A stretch of 63,362 nucleotides of DNA, filler included, from Licmophora abbreviata (Eukaryota), in the NCBI GenBank assembly GCA_900291995.1. It is 13 parts of 13 records of this genome, joined end to end, with 100 filler letters (N's around TTAATTAATTAA, not from the genome) between each part and the next. Parts side by side here need not be neighbours in the genome. Positions count along the whole stretch, not along the records: positions 1 to 8,642 come from OLMU01004747.1; positions 8,743 to 13,107 come from OLMU01004748.1; 11 more parts are not named here. One strand, given 5' to 3'. The notes under the pieces were generated by a model. It made no database searches. It was not told the origin of the DNA and was given only the letters and a program-made list of their open reading frames with translations. The position numbers and the translations under genes were made by a program. Positions 1 to 9,718 of this stretch are shown one piece after another (the first letter of the stretch is position 1; every line of letters starts with the position of its first letter).

Positions 1-1120
1 TTGGTGCGCCGGGGGCGCGATATGCGGCTTGTTTGGGCCGATTTGTGACCACGTCAAACCCTACGGTTCGTACGTTTTCGAGGTCGTATGGTGCGAAAGC
101 CGACATCGATCCCATGTCCACCGGAGAGCCGGGATAGGCGCCCCCCTGATAGCGCAGTTCGGCGAAGCCGGCGGTGATGCGGCCATCGCGGGTCATGCCG
201 ATCCGAACGTCGATCGAGCTCGAGGCGGTGGGGCCGGTGGCGCGCAGCACCTCGGCACGCGACATCACCATTTTCACCGGTCGTCCGGATTTCTGCGACA
301 GCTTGAGCGCCACGGGTTCCAGAAACACGGTGGTCTTGCCGCCGAAGCCGCCACCGATCTCGGAGGCGGTGACACGCAGCTGCCCTTGTTCAAGACCGAG
401 GATCGCTGCACAGGTGTTGCGGACCATGTAGTGACCTTGAGTACAGCACCACAGATCGGCCTGACCGTCGGAATTCATCGTGGCAAGGCAGGCATGCGGT
501 TCGATATATCCCTGATGCGTCGCCTCGGTCCGGTAGGTGCGTTCCAGCACGCGGTCGGCCTGCGAGAGGCCGGCGTCGATATCGCCATGGCCGAACTCGT
601 GGCGAGCCATCACGTTGGGCGACATGCCTGCGGGGACGGTTTCATCGGCGCGACCCTCGTGCAGCGCCGGGGCATCGGGGGCCATCGCCGCGTCGACATC
701 GGTGACATGCGGCAAGGGCTGATACTCGACCTTGATGAGTTTGAGCGCCTGACGGGCCACCTTGCCCGATGTGGCGGCGACGGCGGCGACGGCATGGCCG
801 TCGTAAAGCGCCTTGTCCCCGGCCATGCAATTGTCGAGAACATCTGCCGTGCCTTCGTCGCGCAGCGGGCCGAAATCGGTGCGGGTGACCACGGCGTGAA
901 CGCCGGTCAGCGCCTCGGCGGCGGAGGTGTCGATGGATCTGATCCGGGCATGAGGGTGCGGGCTGCGCAGCACAAGCCCCACCAGCATGCCCGGCGCGGA
1001 CATATCGGCGCCAAACCGCGCGCGCCCGGTGACCTTGTCGATGCCGTCGGGGCGCAGGGGGCGCGTGCCAACGACCTTGAACTGCTGTGGCTTGGTGTCG
1101 GTCTTGCTGTCGAGTGCCAT
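1..1120 (-). CDS. Xanthine dehydrogenase/CO dehydrogenase family molybdopterin-binding large subunit (CoxL-like), 3' end beyond the window
   Basis: Not in the ORF track because it has no stop in the window. The minus strand from ATG at 1120 reads MALDSKTDTKPQQFKVVGTRPLRPDGIDKVTGRARFGADM..., with the typical DxxxKVTG N-terminus. The start overlaps the stop of the 2Fe-2S gene (TGATG). Confidence 0.9.
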   Translation of the reverse strand, partial: MALDSKTDTKPQQFKVVGTRPLRPDGIDKVTGRARFGADMSAPGMLVGLVLRSPHPHARIRSIDTSAAEALTGVHAVVTRTDFGPLRDEGTADVLDNCMAGDKALYDGHAVAAVAATSGKVARQALKLIKVEYQPLPHVTDVDAAMAPDAPALHEGRADETVPAGMSPNVMARHEFGHGDIDAGLSQADRVLERTYRTEATHQGYIEPHACLATMNSDGQADLWCCTQGHYMVRNTCAAILGLEQGQLRVTASEIGGGFGGKTTVFLEPVALKLSQKSGRPVKMVMSRAEVLRATGPTASSSIDVRIGMTRDGRITAGFAELRYQGGAYPGSPVDMGSMSAFAPYDLENVRTVGFDVVTNRPKQAAYRAPGAP

Positions 1121-1599
1121 CAGGATGCCTCCCGTATGTCCTTGGCCGCGTCCAGAACCGCGCGGATGATCTTGTCATAGCCGGTGCAGCGGCACAGGTT
1201 GCCGGCCAGCCAGTAGCGCGTTTCTTCCTCGGACGGGTCGGGGTTGTGGTCGAGCAGAGATTTGGCTGCGACAAGAATGCCCGGCGTGCAGATCCCGCAT
1301 TGCAGGGCCGCGTGTTCGATGAATTTCTGCTGCAGCGGATGAAGCTGATCGCCCTTGGCCATGCCTTCGATCGTGCCGATCTCGCGGCCTGCCGCTTCGG
1401 CGCCCAGCATCAGGCAGGAGCAGACAAGCCGCCCATCCACCGTGACCGAGCAGGCCCCGCAATCGCCGGTGCCGCAGCCTTCTTTCGAGCCGGTCAGTCC
1501 GAGATGATCGCGCAGCACATCCAGAAGGGTCTCTTCGGCATCGCAGAGATAGTCCACGGGATCGCCGTTGATCGTGGTGGTGACGTGGATCTTGCTCAT
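1120..1599 (-). CDS. (2Fe-2S)-binding small subunit of molybdenum hydroxylase (CoxS-like)
   Basis: GCGTGDCGAC, QCGICTPG and GNLCRCTGY motifs. Confidence 0.95.
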   Translation of the reverse strand: MSKIHVTTTINGDPVDYLCDAEETLLDVLRDHLGLTGSKEGCGTGDCGACSVTVDGRLVCSCLMLGAEAAGREIGTIEGMAKGDQLHPLQQKFIEHAALQCGICTPGILVAAKSLLDHNPDPSEEETRYWLAGNLCRCTGYDKIIRAVLDAAKDIREAS

Positions 1600-2459
1600 G
1601 ATGCACCTCCGGCGCGGGTTTTTGCGATGATCGCGGCGCGTTTTGCCAGAACTCCGGCCACATGGACGCGGAATTCCACGGTGCCGCGCTTGTCGGCGAT
1701 GGGCTTGGCCGCGTCCGAACAGGCGCGCGCCAGAGCGTCGAGTGCTGTGTCGTCAACCGTCGTGCCGATCAGGGTGTCGGCGGCGGCGTCAACCACAATG
1801 GCCGTGGGGGCCACGGCCCCGAGCGACACGCGCGCCGCCGTGCAGGTGCCGCCCGCGTCCAGCGTCAGCGCCACGGCGCAGCCGACCACGGCGATGTCCA
1901 TCTCGGTCCGCGGGATGAACCGCAGATAAGCGTCGCCGGACCGCTCGGGGCGGGGCGGCAGCCAGATCGAGGTGACGAATTCGCCGGGGGACAGGCATGT
2001 CTTGCCCGGACCGGTTGGCACATCGGACACCGGGATGTCGCGCAGGCCGTCTGGCCCCGCGATCCGCGCCACGGCGCCTGCGGCGATCATCGCGGGCACG
2101 CTGTCGGCTGCTGGCGAGGCGTTGCACAGGTTTCCCGCCATCGTCGCGCGGCCCTGTATCTGGGTGGAGCCGATCAGGTTCACCGCCTCGACCACGCCGG
2201 GCCAGTCGGCGACAAGGTCCGCATGTTCGCCCATTTCAGCGCCGGACACGGCGGCGCCGATGCGCCATCCGCCCGCGTTGCGGGAGATGCGGCGCAGATC
2301 GTCGATGCGCTTGATGTCGAGAATGCTGTCCGGTTCGGCAAAGCCTGAGCGCATCCTGACCAGCAGGTCGGTGCCGCCGGCGAGCACCTTGCAGTCTCCG
2401 CTTTGTGACGAGAGCAGGCTTATGGCGTCGTCTATGGTCGTGGGAGACAGGTATTGCAT
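1596..2459 (-). CDS. FAD-binding medium subunit of molybdenum hydroxylase (CoxM-like)
   Basis: LAGGTDL and ATMAGNLCNASPAAD motifs. Start taken at MQYLSPTT (2459). ATGA overlap with the small subunit. Confidence 0.93.
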   Translation of the reverse strand: MQYLSPTTIDDAISLLSSQSGDCKVLAGGTDLLVRMRSGFAEPDSILDIKRIDDLRRISRNAGGWRIGAAVSGAEMGEHADLVADWPGVVEAVNLIGSTQIQGRATMAGNLCNASPAADSVPAMIAAGAVARIAGPDGLRDIPVSDVPTGPGKTCLSPGEFVTSIWLPPRPERSGDAYLRFIPRTEMDIAVVGCAVALTLDAGGTCTAARVSLGAVAPTAIVVDAAADTLIGTTVDDTALDALARACSDAAKPIADKRGTVEFRVHVAGVLAKRAAIIAKTRAGGAS

Positions 2460-2741
2460 GGGCCGGTTCCAGAGGTCGTTTTCGGGCGCGCGCATCAAAC
2501 GGGTCACGCGTTATGCGCCCCAAGCGTAACCCTGTCTCGAGGGCACATCAATCGTTGTCGTGACGTGCCGCTGCGCTTGCAGATCGGCGCGGGCGGCAGC
2601 ATGAAAGCGGGTGATGTGGGCAAAAAATGAACAAAAATCAGGAGTTGTCGCCCAATCCCGGCGCTTGAGATGGACCGCGGCTTGCTGGTGTTCTAACACT
2701 TGAGGCAGACGGCGACACGCAGCAGGAGCCATGTCCGGGTG

Positions 2742-4484
2742 ATGCAGACGTCCAGATTGTTCAACGCACGCCTGCACGAGCTTCTTCGTGCGATTTATCC
2801 GCGCGAAGACAGCAGGGCGGTGGCGGATGCCATCATCACGGCGTTCTGGCCCGAGGGCACGCAGCGCCGCAGGCGCGCCCGCGCGCCGAGCAACGGGTTG
2901 TGGTCGGAACGGGATGCGGTTCTCATCACCTATGGCGACACGATCCGGGACGGTCAGCACAAGCCTTTGGACCTTTTGCAGGATTTTCTGGTCAATCATC
3001 TGGATGGCGTGGTCAATTGCGTCCATATCCTGCCGTTCTTTCCGTTCAGTTCGGATGACGGGTTTGCCGTCACCGATTACCGGGCGGTCAATTCGCAGCT
3101 TGGCGATTGGGCGGATATCGAACGGATCGCCGCGCGGTTTCATTTGATGTCGGATCTGGTGCTCAACCATGTCTCGAGCCAAGGGGCGTGGTTCAACGCC
3201 TACCGGCAGGGGCAGGCGCCTTATGACCGGTTCTTCTTTGAAGGCGATCCGGCCGATGATCTGTCGATGGTGGTGCGCCCGAGGACGACCCCGCTGCTGC
3301 AGAAGATCGAGACCCGCACTGGCGATCGCCATGTCTGGTGCACCTTCAGCCACGATCAGGTCGATCTGAATTTCGCCAATCCCGAGGTGCTTGTGGAAAT
3401 GCTGCGGATCATCCGGCTGCATATCGACAAGGGGGTGCGGATCCTGAGGCTGGATGCGGTGGCGTTTCTCTGGAAAGAGCCGGGCACGCCCTGCATTCAT
3501 CTGCCACAGACCCATGCCATCGTGCAGCTTTTGCGGCTGCTGTGCGATCATGCGGTGGAAACCATCGTGTTGCTGACAGAAACCAACGTGCCGCGCACCG
3601 AGAACCTGAGCTATTTCGGCAACCGCAACGAGGCGCACGCGGTCTATAATTTTCCGCTGCCGCCGCTGATCCTGCATGCGCTGCAATCTGGGAGCGCGCG
3701 GTATCTGCATCGCTGGCAATCGGCGATGCCGCCGGCGCAGCTGGGATGCGCCTATCTGAATTTCACGGCCAGCCATGACGGGGTGGGGATGCGGCCCGCC
3801 GAAGGGGTTTTGCCGGCTGAGGAAAAGGATCGGGTGATCCAGACGGTGCAGGCGGCGGGGGGGCGCGTGTCGATGCGGGCGCTGCCGGATGGGCGCGAGG
3901 AGCCTTACGAGTTGAACTGTGCGTTGTTCGATGCCTTGCGCCGGACCTTCGAGGGCGAGGACGGGCATCATATCGACCGTTTCCTGTGTTCACAGACCAT
4001 CGTGATGTCGCTGGAGGGGATTCCGGCGTTCTATATCCATTCGCTGCTGGCCACCCGCAACGATCACGAGGCGGTCGAGAGGCGTGGGATGAACCGGGCG
4101 ATCAACCGGCATCGCTGGCATTATCCCGAGCTGCTCGAGTTGCTGCGCGATCCGGCATCGGATCAGTCCAAGGTGATGCGGGGGATGTCCCAAAGGTTGC
4201 GGCTGCGGTCGCGGCAACCGGCGTTCCATCCCAATGCCACGCAGTTCACGCTGACGCTGGATGAGCGGCTGTTCGGGGTGTGGCGTCAGAGCCTTGATCG
4301 CAACCAGTCGATCTTTGCCATTCACAACGTGAGCAACCAGCCGGTTGCGGTCAGCCCGTCCACGATCAACCTGATCGAGGACGATACATGGACCGATATC
4401 CTGAGTGGGGACCGGATCGCGCTGGCCGGACCCGAGATCGTGTTTGCGCCCTATCAGTGCCGGTGGATTTCCAACCGCGCCTGA
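2742..4484 (+). CDS. GH13_18 phosphorylase, probably glucosylglycerate phosphorylase (YcjM-like)
   Basis: RLDAVAF nucleophile, LLTETN acid/base, ASHDG and PYELN motifs. These match the glucosylglycerate-type rather than the sucrose-type pattern. Adjacent to gpgS/gpgP-like genes. Confidence 0.8.
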   Translation: MQTSRLFNARLHELLRAIYPREDSRAVADAIITAFWPEGTQRRRRARAPSNGLWSERDAVLITYGDTIRDGQHKPLDLLQDFLVNHLDGVVNCVHILPFFPFSSDDGFAVTDYRAVNSQLGDWADIERIAARFHLMSDLVLNHVSSQGAWFNAYRQGQAPYDRFFFEGDPADDLSMVVRPRTTPLLQKIETRTGDRHVWCTFSHDQVDLNFANPEVLVEMLRIIRLHIDKGVRILRLDAVAFLWKEPGTPCIHLPQTHAIVQLLRLLCDHAVETIVLLTETNVPRTENLSYFGNRNEAHAVYNFPLPPLILHALQSGSARYLHRWQSAMPPAQLGCAYLNFTASHDGVGMRPAEGVLPAEEKDRVIQTVQAAGGRVSMRALPDGREEPYELNCALFDALRRTFEGEDGHHIDRFLCSQTIVMSLEGIPAFYIHSLLATRNDHEAVERRGMNRAINRHRWHYPELLELLRDPASDQSKVMRGMSQRLRLRSRQPAFHPNATQFTLTLDERLFGVWRQSLDRNQSIFAIHNVSNQPVAVSPSTINLIEDDTWTDILSGDRIALAGPEIVFAPYQCRWISNRA

Positions 4485-4493
4485 GGGTGGCGG

Positions 4494-5714
4494 TCAGCGG
4501 TAATCCTGCGCGTCGTCGGCGGCGGCGCGCAGCAGGTCGGACAGGAAATCGGGATCGGCGGAATGGACCCTGTTCCATGTCGGGATGAAGGGGCTTTCAT
4601 TGGGGTTTTCCAGAAATATCTGTCCCGCGCGGATGATGTTCTCGGCAAAAAGTTCGACCGATTTCTCTTCCTTGTGACGGTCGAGGGACAGGCCGTTCAT
4701 CTTGGCGTCGTTGTAATAGCATTCCAGCAGGTCGAGAGCCTGACGGTAATAGGTCGCCTTGAGCGTGCGGAAAAGATTGGGCGTGAACACCGTGCCATCC
4801 GAGGCCAGTTTGCGGAAGATCGCCTTGCAGATATCCGTGGACATCCGGCTGAGGCCGCGATTGGCGTCTTCGGGAGACAGCTCTTGATGCTTGTGGTCAT
4901 AGGCGTCGGATATGTCCACCTGGCAGACCGATTGCGGCGCAAGGTTGCGCCATGCCTCCGACAGCACACCGATTTCCAGCCCCCAATCCGAGGGAATGCG
5001 CAAGTCGGGCAAGGTCGAGGTGCGCATCGCGAATTCGCCCGATAGCGGATATCGGAAGCTGCGCAGGTAATCGAGGTAATCACGATCCCCCACCACCTTC
5101 TTGAGCGCGATCAGGAGCGGGCTGACCAGAAGCCGTGTCACCCGGCCATTCAGTTTCTGCCCGTCGATGCGGGGATAGAACCCCTTGGCCATCTGATAGG
5201 GAAAGGACGGTTGCGCCACAGGATAGACCAGCCGGGCCAGCATCTCGCGGTTGTAGGTCAGGATATCGCAATCATGGATCGCCATGATTGCACTGTCTGC
5301 GCAGGCGATCAGGTAGCCCATGCAGCCCCAGACATTCTTGCCCTTGCCGGCCTCTTGCGGCGCAAGGCCAAGCGCATCGAGACGCTGGCCGAGCGCGAGC
5401 ATACGAGGGCTGTCGTTCCAGATCACCATATGCTTTTGCGGCAGGCGGGCGAAAAAGTCCTGTGCATGGCGAAACTGGGCTTCGTCGGCCTTGTCCAACC
5501 CGATGATGATGCGGTGCAGATAGGGCACTGTGCACAGCTCATCGAGGATCGCGGGCAGCGCCGGGCCTTCGAGTTCGGAATAAAGGCATGGCAGAATCAG
5601 GGATATCTTGCGCGTTTCGACACAGGCGGTCAGCTCATACGTCAGATCGTCCAGCGTACGGGTGCGCAGGTTGTGCAGTGTCGTGATGCTGCCGTTCTGG
5701 TGAAAATCAGCCAT
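4494..5714 (-). CDS. gpgS: Glucosyl-3-phosphoglycerate synthase (GT-A glycosyltransferase)
   Basis: MADFHQNG N-terminus, GKGKNVW, HDCD (DxD), GRVTRL, YPLSGEF, DWGLEIGVL and DHKHQ motifs. Confidence 0.82.
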   Translation of the reverse strand: MADFHQNGSITTLHNLRTRTLDDLTYELTACVETRKISLILPCLYSELEGPALPAILDELCTVPYLHRIIIGLDKADEAQFRHAQDFFARLPQKHMVIWNDSPRMLALGQRLDALGLAPQEAGKGKNVWGCMGYLIACADSAIMAIHDCDILTYNREMLARLVYPVAQPSFPYQMAKGFYPRIDGQKLNGRVTRLLVSPLLIALKKVVGDRDYLDYLRSFRYPLSGEFAMRTSTLPDLRIPSDWGLEIGVLSEAWRNLAPQSVCQVDISDAYDHKHQELSPEDANRGLSRMSTDICKAIFRKLASDGTVFTPNLFRTLKATYYRQALDLLECYYNDAKMNGLSLDRHKEEKSVELFAENIIRAGQIFLENPNESPFIPTWNRVHSADPDFLSDLLRAAADDAQDYR

Positions 5715-6500
5715 GTGCCTTGCGCTCTCCGATCTTGCCCAACTCGGTCAGCAGCGCCATCACGGCCTGCGCCCAGCCTTCGGGGCCTTGCTTTTGCGTC
5801 CGCCTTATACGACCGCGCGCCTCGCCCGGGAGGGGGGGAATTGCGGGGGCGGCAGGGTTGTTCACGATCACGCCGAAATCGGCTTTCTGCAACATTTCCA
5901 GATCATTGGGCGCGTCACCAAGGGCGATGGTATGCGAGGGTTTGCAGGCGGCGATGATCTCGTCCATGCGGTCGGCCTTGGTGCCGCCCATGGACAGGGT
6001 CAGGAACCGGCCGCCGTAACGGGCGGTCAATCCGGCCTCGGACGCGGCATGGAGAAAGGTCTGGAGATCCCGCTCCGTGCCCGACAGAGCCCCGGTTCGC
6101 TGAACCGCCTGTCGCGCGCGAGGGCGGCTTGGGCGGGGGACAGCCCGGTCAGGCGGCTGATCTCGGGTGTCGTCATGTCGCCGAAGCCGCGAAAACCGGG
6201 CGGCAGATCGGCGAGGAGCGCGCGGATTTGAAGGTAGATCCCTGCATCGGGCGTGTCGGTCTGCCCCCCGGCCAGCAGCCCGCCGCCATTCTCGACGATG
6301 GCGGGCCATTCGGGAAATCCGATGGCGTCACGAAGGCCGCAGACCTCGGCGGCGGTCTTGCTGGTCGCCAGCACGAGGCCTGCGCCCAGATCGTGCAAAA
6401 GGTTCAGGGCGGGCAGGGCCGGACCCCAGGAATAATCCTGATGATCCAGCAATGTTCCATCGAGATCGGAAAAAACAACGATGTCAGCTGCGTGACCCAT
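5707..6500 (-). CDS. Glucosyl/mannosyl-3-phosphoglycerate phosphatase (HAD-IIB, GpgP/MpgP-like), frameshifted near 6085
   Basis: DLDGTLL, TSKT and ENGG are in ORF 6027..6500, while GGRF and LGDAPND..ML are in ORF 5707..6309. Restoring one C at about 6085 gives FSEPGLWSGTE. Confidence 0.85.
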
Positions 6501-6555
6501 TTCCGAACTTTAGACCACTTCCCGACCAAGTGCGAGACCCAAGCCGGAAGTGGCG

Positions 6556-7632
6556 TCAGTCAGACGACATCTGCGCCGCCGGAGTAGAGCGCGAAATCTC
6601 CCATTCTTCGTCGGACATCTCTTCGACGACGCCGTCGAAGAGGGGCGTCGACAGATACCGCTCGCCGGTATCGGGCAGCATGACCAGCATCACCGATCCG
6701 TCGGGCACGGTCTTTGCCAGATCCATCGCTACGGCGAAGGTCGAGCCACCCGAGATGCCGGTAAAGATGCCTTCTTCGGTGGCAAGGCGTTTGGACCATG
6801 CGATGCCGTCGGCGCCGGCGACCGGGACGAGTGCGTCGTAATTCTCCTTGTCGATCGCTTCTTGCAGGACATAGGGGATGAAATCCGGCGTCCAGCCCTG
6901 AATCGGATGCGGCTCGAACGAGGGATGGCTTTCGGTGGGCTGATGCGCGGCGTTGCGGGTGTTCACGTAGCCCGAGGCGATCAGCGCGGCGTTGGCCGGT
7001 TCGCTGAGGATGATCTTGGTCTCGGGGCGTTCGCGTTTGAGAACCCGCGACACGCCCGACACGGTGCCGCCGGTGCCATAGCCGGTGATCCAGTAATCCA
7101 AGCGCGCCCCCTGAAAATCGTTGACGATTTCGCGGGCGGTGGTGGCTTCGTGGATGTCGGCGTTGTCGGAAGATTCGAATTGGCTGGCGAGGAACCAGCC
7201 GTTTTCCTCGGCCAGTTCCTTGGCCTTGGAATACATGCCGAAGCCTTTCAGCGCCTTGGGTGTCAGAACGACCTTGGCGCCCAGAAACCGCATCAGCTTG
7301 CGGCGCTCGACCGAAAAGCTTTCTGCCATGGTGACCACCAGCGGATAGCCTTTGGCGGCGCAGACCATGGCAAGCCCGATGCCGGTATTGCCGGATGTCG
7401 CCTCGACCACGGTCTGACCCGGTTTGAGGCGGCCATCGGCCTCGGCGGCCTCGATGATGTTCAGCGCCAGCCTGTCCTTGACGGAGCCTGCGGGATTGAA
7501 GGCCTCGAACTTGACGTAGACGGTGACGTTTTTCGGCGCGATGCGGTTGATGCGGATGACGGGCGTGTTTCCCACGGTGTCCAGAATGCTGTCATAGCGC
7601 TGGCCCCGTCCTTCGGTGCGTCTGATCGTCAT
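6556..7632 (-). CDS. cysK: PLP-dependent cysteine synthase
   Basis: NPAGSVKDR (PLP lysine), EATSGNTG, GTGGT, HPIQG and PDTGERYLST motifs. Confidence 0.88.
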   Translation of the reverse strand: MTIRRTEGRGQRYDSILDTVGNTPVIRINRIAPKNVTVYVKFEAFNPAGSVKDRLALNIIEAAEADGRLKPGQTVVEATSGNTGIGLAMVCAAKGYPLVVTMAESFSVERRKLMRFLGAKVVLTPKALKGFGMYSKAKELAEENGWFLASQFESSDNADIHEATTAREIVNDFQGARLDYWITGYGTGGTVSGVSRVLKRERPETKIILSEPANAALIASGYVNTRNAAHQPTESHPSFEPHPIQGWTPDFIPYVLQEAIDKENYDALVPVAGADGIAWSKRLATEEGIFTGISGGSTFAVAMDLAKTVPDGSVMLVMLPDTGERYLSTPLFDGVVEEMSDEEWEISRSTPAAQMSSD

Positions 7633-7752
7633 GGTATGTCTCTCCCCTTCGCAAAAATGGTGCCGTGGCAGGCGGTGCGGCCATGCGATGCCACCGGTCC
7701 GCGAGACCTGCGAACCGGTAGCTTAACACGGATCACGCCGCGCTGCGCCCGG

Positions 7753-8820
7753 TCAAAGCGTGATGATCGTCGAGCCGGTTGTCTGCCGTCCTTCGAGGGC
7801 GCGATGCGCGTCCGAGATCTGCTCCAGCGGGAAGGTCTGACCGATATTGACCTTGACCGCCCCGCTTTCGACCTTGGAAAACAGGTGGCGGGCCATGTCC
7901 TGACAACGCTCATGGTCCGCGAGGAAGGTGAACAGGGTGGTGCGGGTCAGCTTGAGCGAGCCCTTGGCGGCAAGGGTCAGCAGGCTGACGGGTTCGACAG
8001 GACCCGAGGCATTGCCGAAGGACATCATCATGCCAAGCGGCTTGATGCAATCAAGCGAGGCGGTGAACGTGTCTTTGCCCACGCCATCCATCACCACATC
8101 GACACCCTTGCCGTCGGTGAGTTCCTTGACCTTGGCGACGAAATCCTGATCGCGATAATTGATGCAGGAGGTGGCGCCGTTTTCGAGTGCCAACTGGCAT
8201 TTCTCGTCGGTGCCCGCGGTGCCGATCAGCTCGATCCCCTCGGAGCGCGCCCATTGGCAGGCCATAAGACCGACGCCACCGGCGGCGGCGTGGAACAGCA
8301 CCTTGTCCCCGGCTTTCAGGGGCCAGACACGGTGAAAGAGGTATTCCACGGTCATACCCTGCAGCATGATCGCGGCGGCATCCTTGAACGAGATCGCGTC
8401 AGGCAGGGGGCAGACCTGTGCTGCGGGCATGACACGGGCATCGCAATAGGCGCCGGGCGGTGTCGCGGCATAGGCGGCGCGATCGCCCGGCTTGAGATGG
8501 GTGACCCCCTCGCCCACGGCTTCGACGATGCCGGCGGCTTCCATGCCGAGCGCATGGGGCAAGGTCAGCGGATAAGACCGGTGCGCTGATAGACGTCGAT
8601 GAAGTTCAGGCCGCAGGCCTTGTGCGCGATCCGGATTTCACCNNNNNNNNNNNNNNNNNNNNNNNNNNNNNNNNNNNNNNNNNNNNTTAATTAATTAANN
8701 NNNNNNNNNNNNNNNNNNNNNNNNNNNNNNNNNNNNNNNNNNGGGTGCGCCGACCTCGGTCTCGACGAGTTTCAGGTTTTCCGGACCACCGGCCTGTTCG
8801 ATGACAATGCTGCGCGACAT
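7753..8820 (-). CDS. qor: NADPH:quinone oxidoreductase (zeta-crystallin/MDR family), split by an assembly linker and a 1-nt loss at about 8574
   Basis: MSRSIVIEQAGGPENL at 8820, GEIRIAHKACGLNFIDVYQRTGL after the gap, then LGMEAAG, HAAAGGVG and AHRALEGRQTTGS. Confidence 0.9.
8643..8742. other. Artificial 100-nt contig linker N44-TTAATTAATTAA-N44. Identical linkers at 13108-13207, 16739-16838, 18981-19080, 20251-20350, 21616-21715, 38030-38129, 39981-40080, 42649-42748, 47844-47943, 56708-56807 and 59624-59723
   Basis: Twelve identical N-flanked spacers carrying stop codons in all six frames. Confidence 0.99.
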
Positions 8821-8951
8821 ATGTGTTCTCTCTTCCTTGGGGTGATGCGGCGGAGATCGCCCCGCCATTCCCGCCGGAGTTAAGTGCACTGCGTCGCGAA
8901 TGGCAATGTGTTGAACGCAATCGGCACACGGCAAAGTCACAGGAGGACGGC

Positions 8952-9240
8952 ATGGAACGCGGGACGAGTTTATACGGGTTCGACGGGTCCACTTATGTGC
9001 GTAGGGTGAAGATGGTTCTGGCCGACAAGGGCATGGAGTACCAGCAGGATCAGATCGATGTGCTGGCGGGCGAGCCGCACAAGCCCGAGCAACTGGCCCG
9101 CCATCCGTTCGGCAAGGTTCCGGTGCTCGATATCGACGGGATCCGGATTCGCGAAACCGATGCGATCTGCCGATATATCGAGGACGCCCGCCCTGAGCCG
9201 GGTTTGATCCCGGCCGATCCCCGGCAGCGCGCGGCGGCTG
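8952..9240 (+). pseudogene. Glutathione S-transferase, N-terminal domain only (C-terminal helical domain missing)
   Basis: AGGAGG RBS at 8941; STYVRRV, HPFGKVPVL and ETDAICRYI, then LIPADPRQRAA. After that the frame runs into intergenic/sRNA-like sequence and stops at 9413. Confidence 0.75.
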
Positions 9241-9365
9241 GCCTTTCCTTTTGTGGCCGTCCCTTTTCCGGTCAAGACGCCTGCATGATGCAGCAAGGGC
9301 ACATATTGGCAGGAATTTTTGGCGGGGACACACGTTTAGCGGCAAATGTGCTATACATAGGCTTA

Positions 9366-9428
9366 GGGGGCGCATGCCTCCTACCTCCCTGTTTGACTGG
9401 CCGGCTTACTTGAGCCGGCCCTTTTTTT
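9366..9428 (+). ncRNA. Candidate suhB/alpha-r8 (MmgR-like) alphaproteobacterial small RNA; 5' end approximate
   Basis: CCTCCTACCTCCCT anti-Shine-Dalgarno-like tract (9377-9390), then GACT, a GGCCGGCT/AGCCGGCC stem and T7. This is the layout of suhB-type sRNAs. Confidence 0.55.
9399..9428 (+). terminator. Rho-independent terminator
   Basis: Perfect 8-bp GC stem GGCCGGCT-TACTTG-AGCCGGCC followed by CTTTTTTT. Confidence 0.85.
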
Positions 9429-9542
9429 CGCGAAAGCGGCGCCAAGCGACCCGGTCTGCGCGCGTCTGTGCCGGGGGGATCGTGAATTGATCTCGACTGC
9501 TTGACCCTTGCCGCAGCTTGGAATATGGCTCGGCCTTGCTGA

Positions 9543-9616
9543 GCGGGCGTTGTGTAATGGTAAGACCCTTGCCTTCCAAGCAAGAGATGCGGGTTCGATT
9601 CCCGCCGCCCGCTCCA
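9543..9616 (+). tRNA. tRNA-Gly (anticodon TCC)
   Basis: GCGGGCG/CGCCCGC acceptor stem, CTTGC-CTTCCAA-GCAAG anticodon arm, GGTTCGATTCC T arm, encoded CCA. Confidence 0.97.
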
Positions 9617-9718
9617 GCTTATCGGGAAAACTGTTTGCACCTGCGGCAAATCTGGCCCCTTGACCCCACGCGCCTCCCCGGCCAAGTAACGTGACCGTAA
9701 AGGTCAAGGGAATGGAAG

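Noticed and set aside
29..1180. Long ORFs antisense to real genes (29..1180, 2511..3971, 6550..8589, 9704..12400)
   Set aside because: Shadow ORFs typical of high-GC coding DNA; the opposite strand has clear family motifs.
1..2459. Calling the L/S/M trio a true aerobic CO dehydrogenase
   Set aside because: The diagnostic active-site loop (AYXCSFR) was not identified in the visible part of the large subunit; only family-level assignment is supportable.
6060..6100. Programmed frameshifting in the phosphatase, qor, RING or NYN genes
   Set aside because: No slippery heptamer or stimulatory structure is evident; each is fixed by one base in a homopolymer, consistent with sequencing error.
8687..8698. 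Recurring TTAATTAATTAA palindrome as a biological repeat or CRISPR-like array
   Set aside because: Always centred in identical N runs; it is an artificial six-frame-stop contig spacer.
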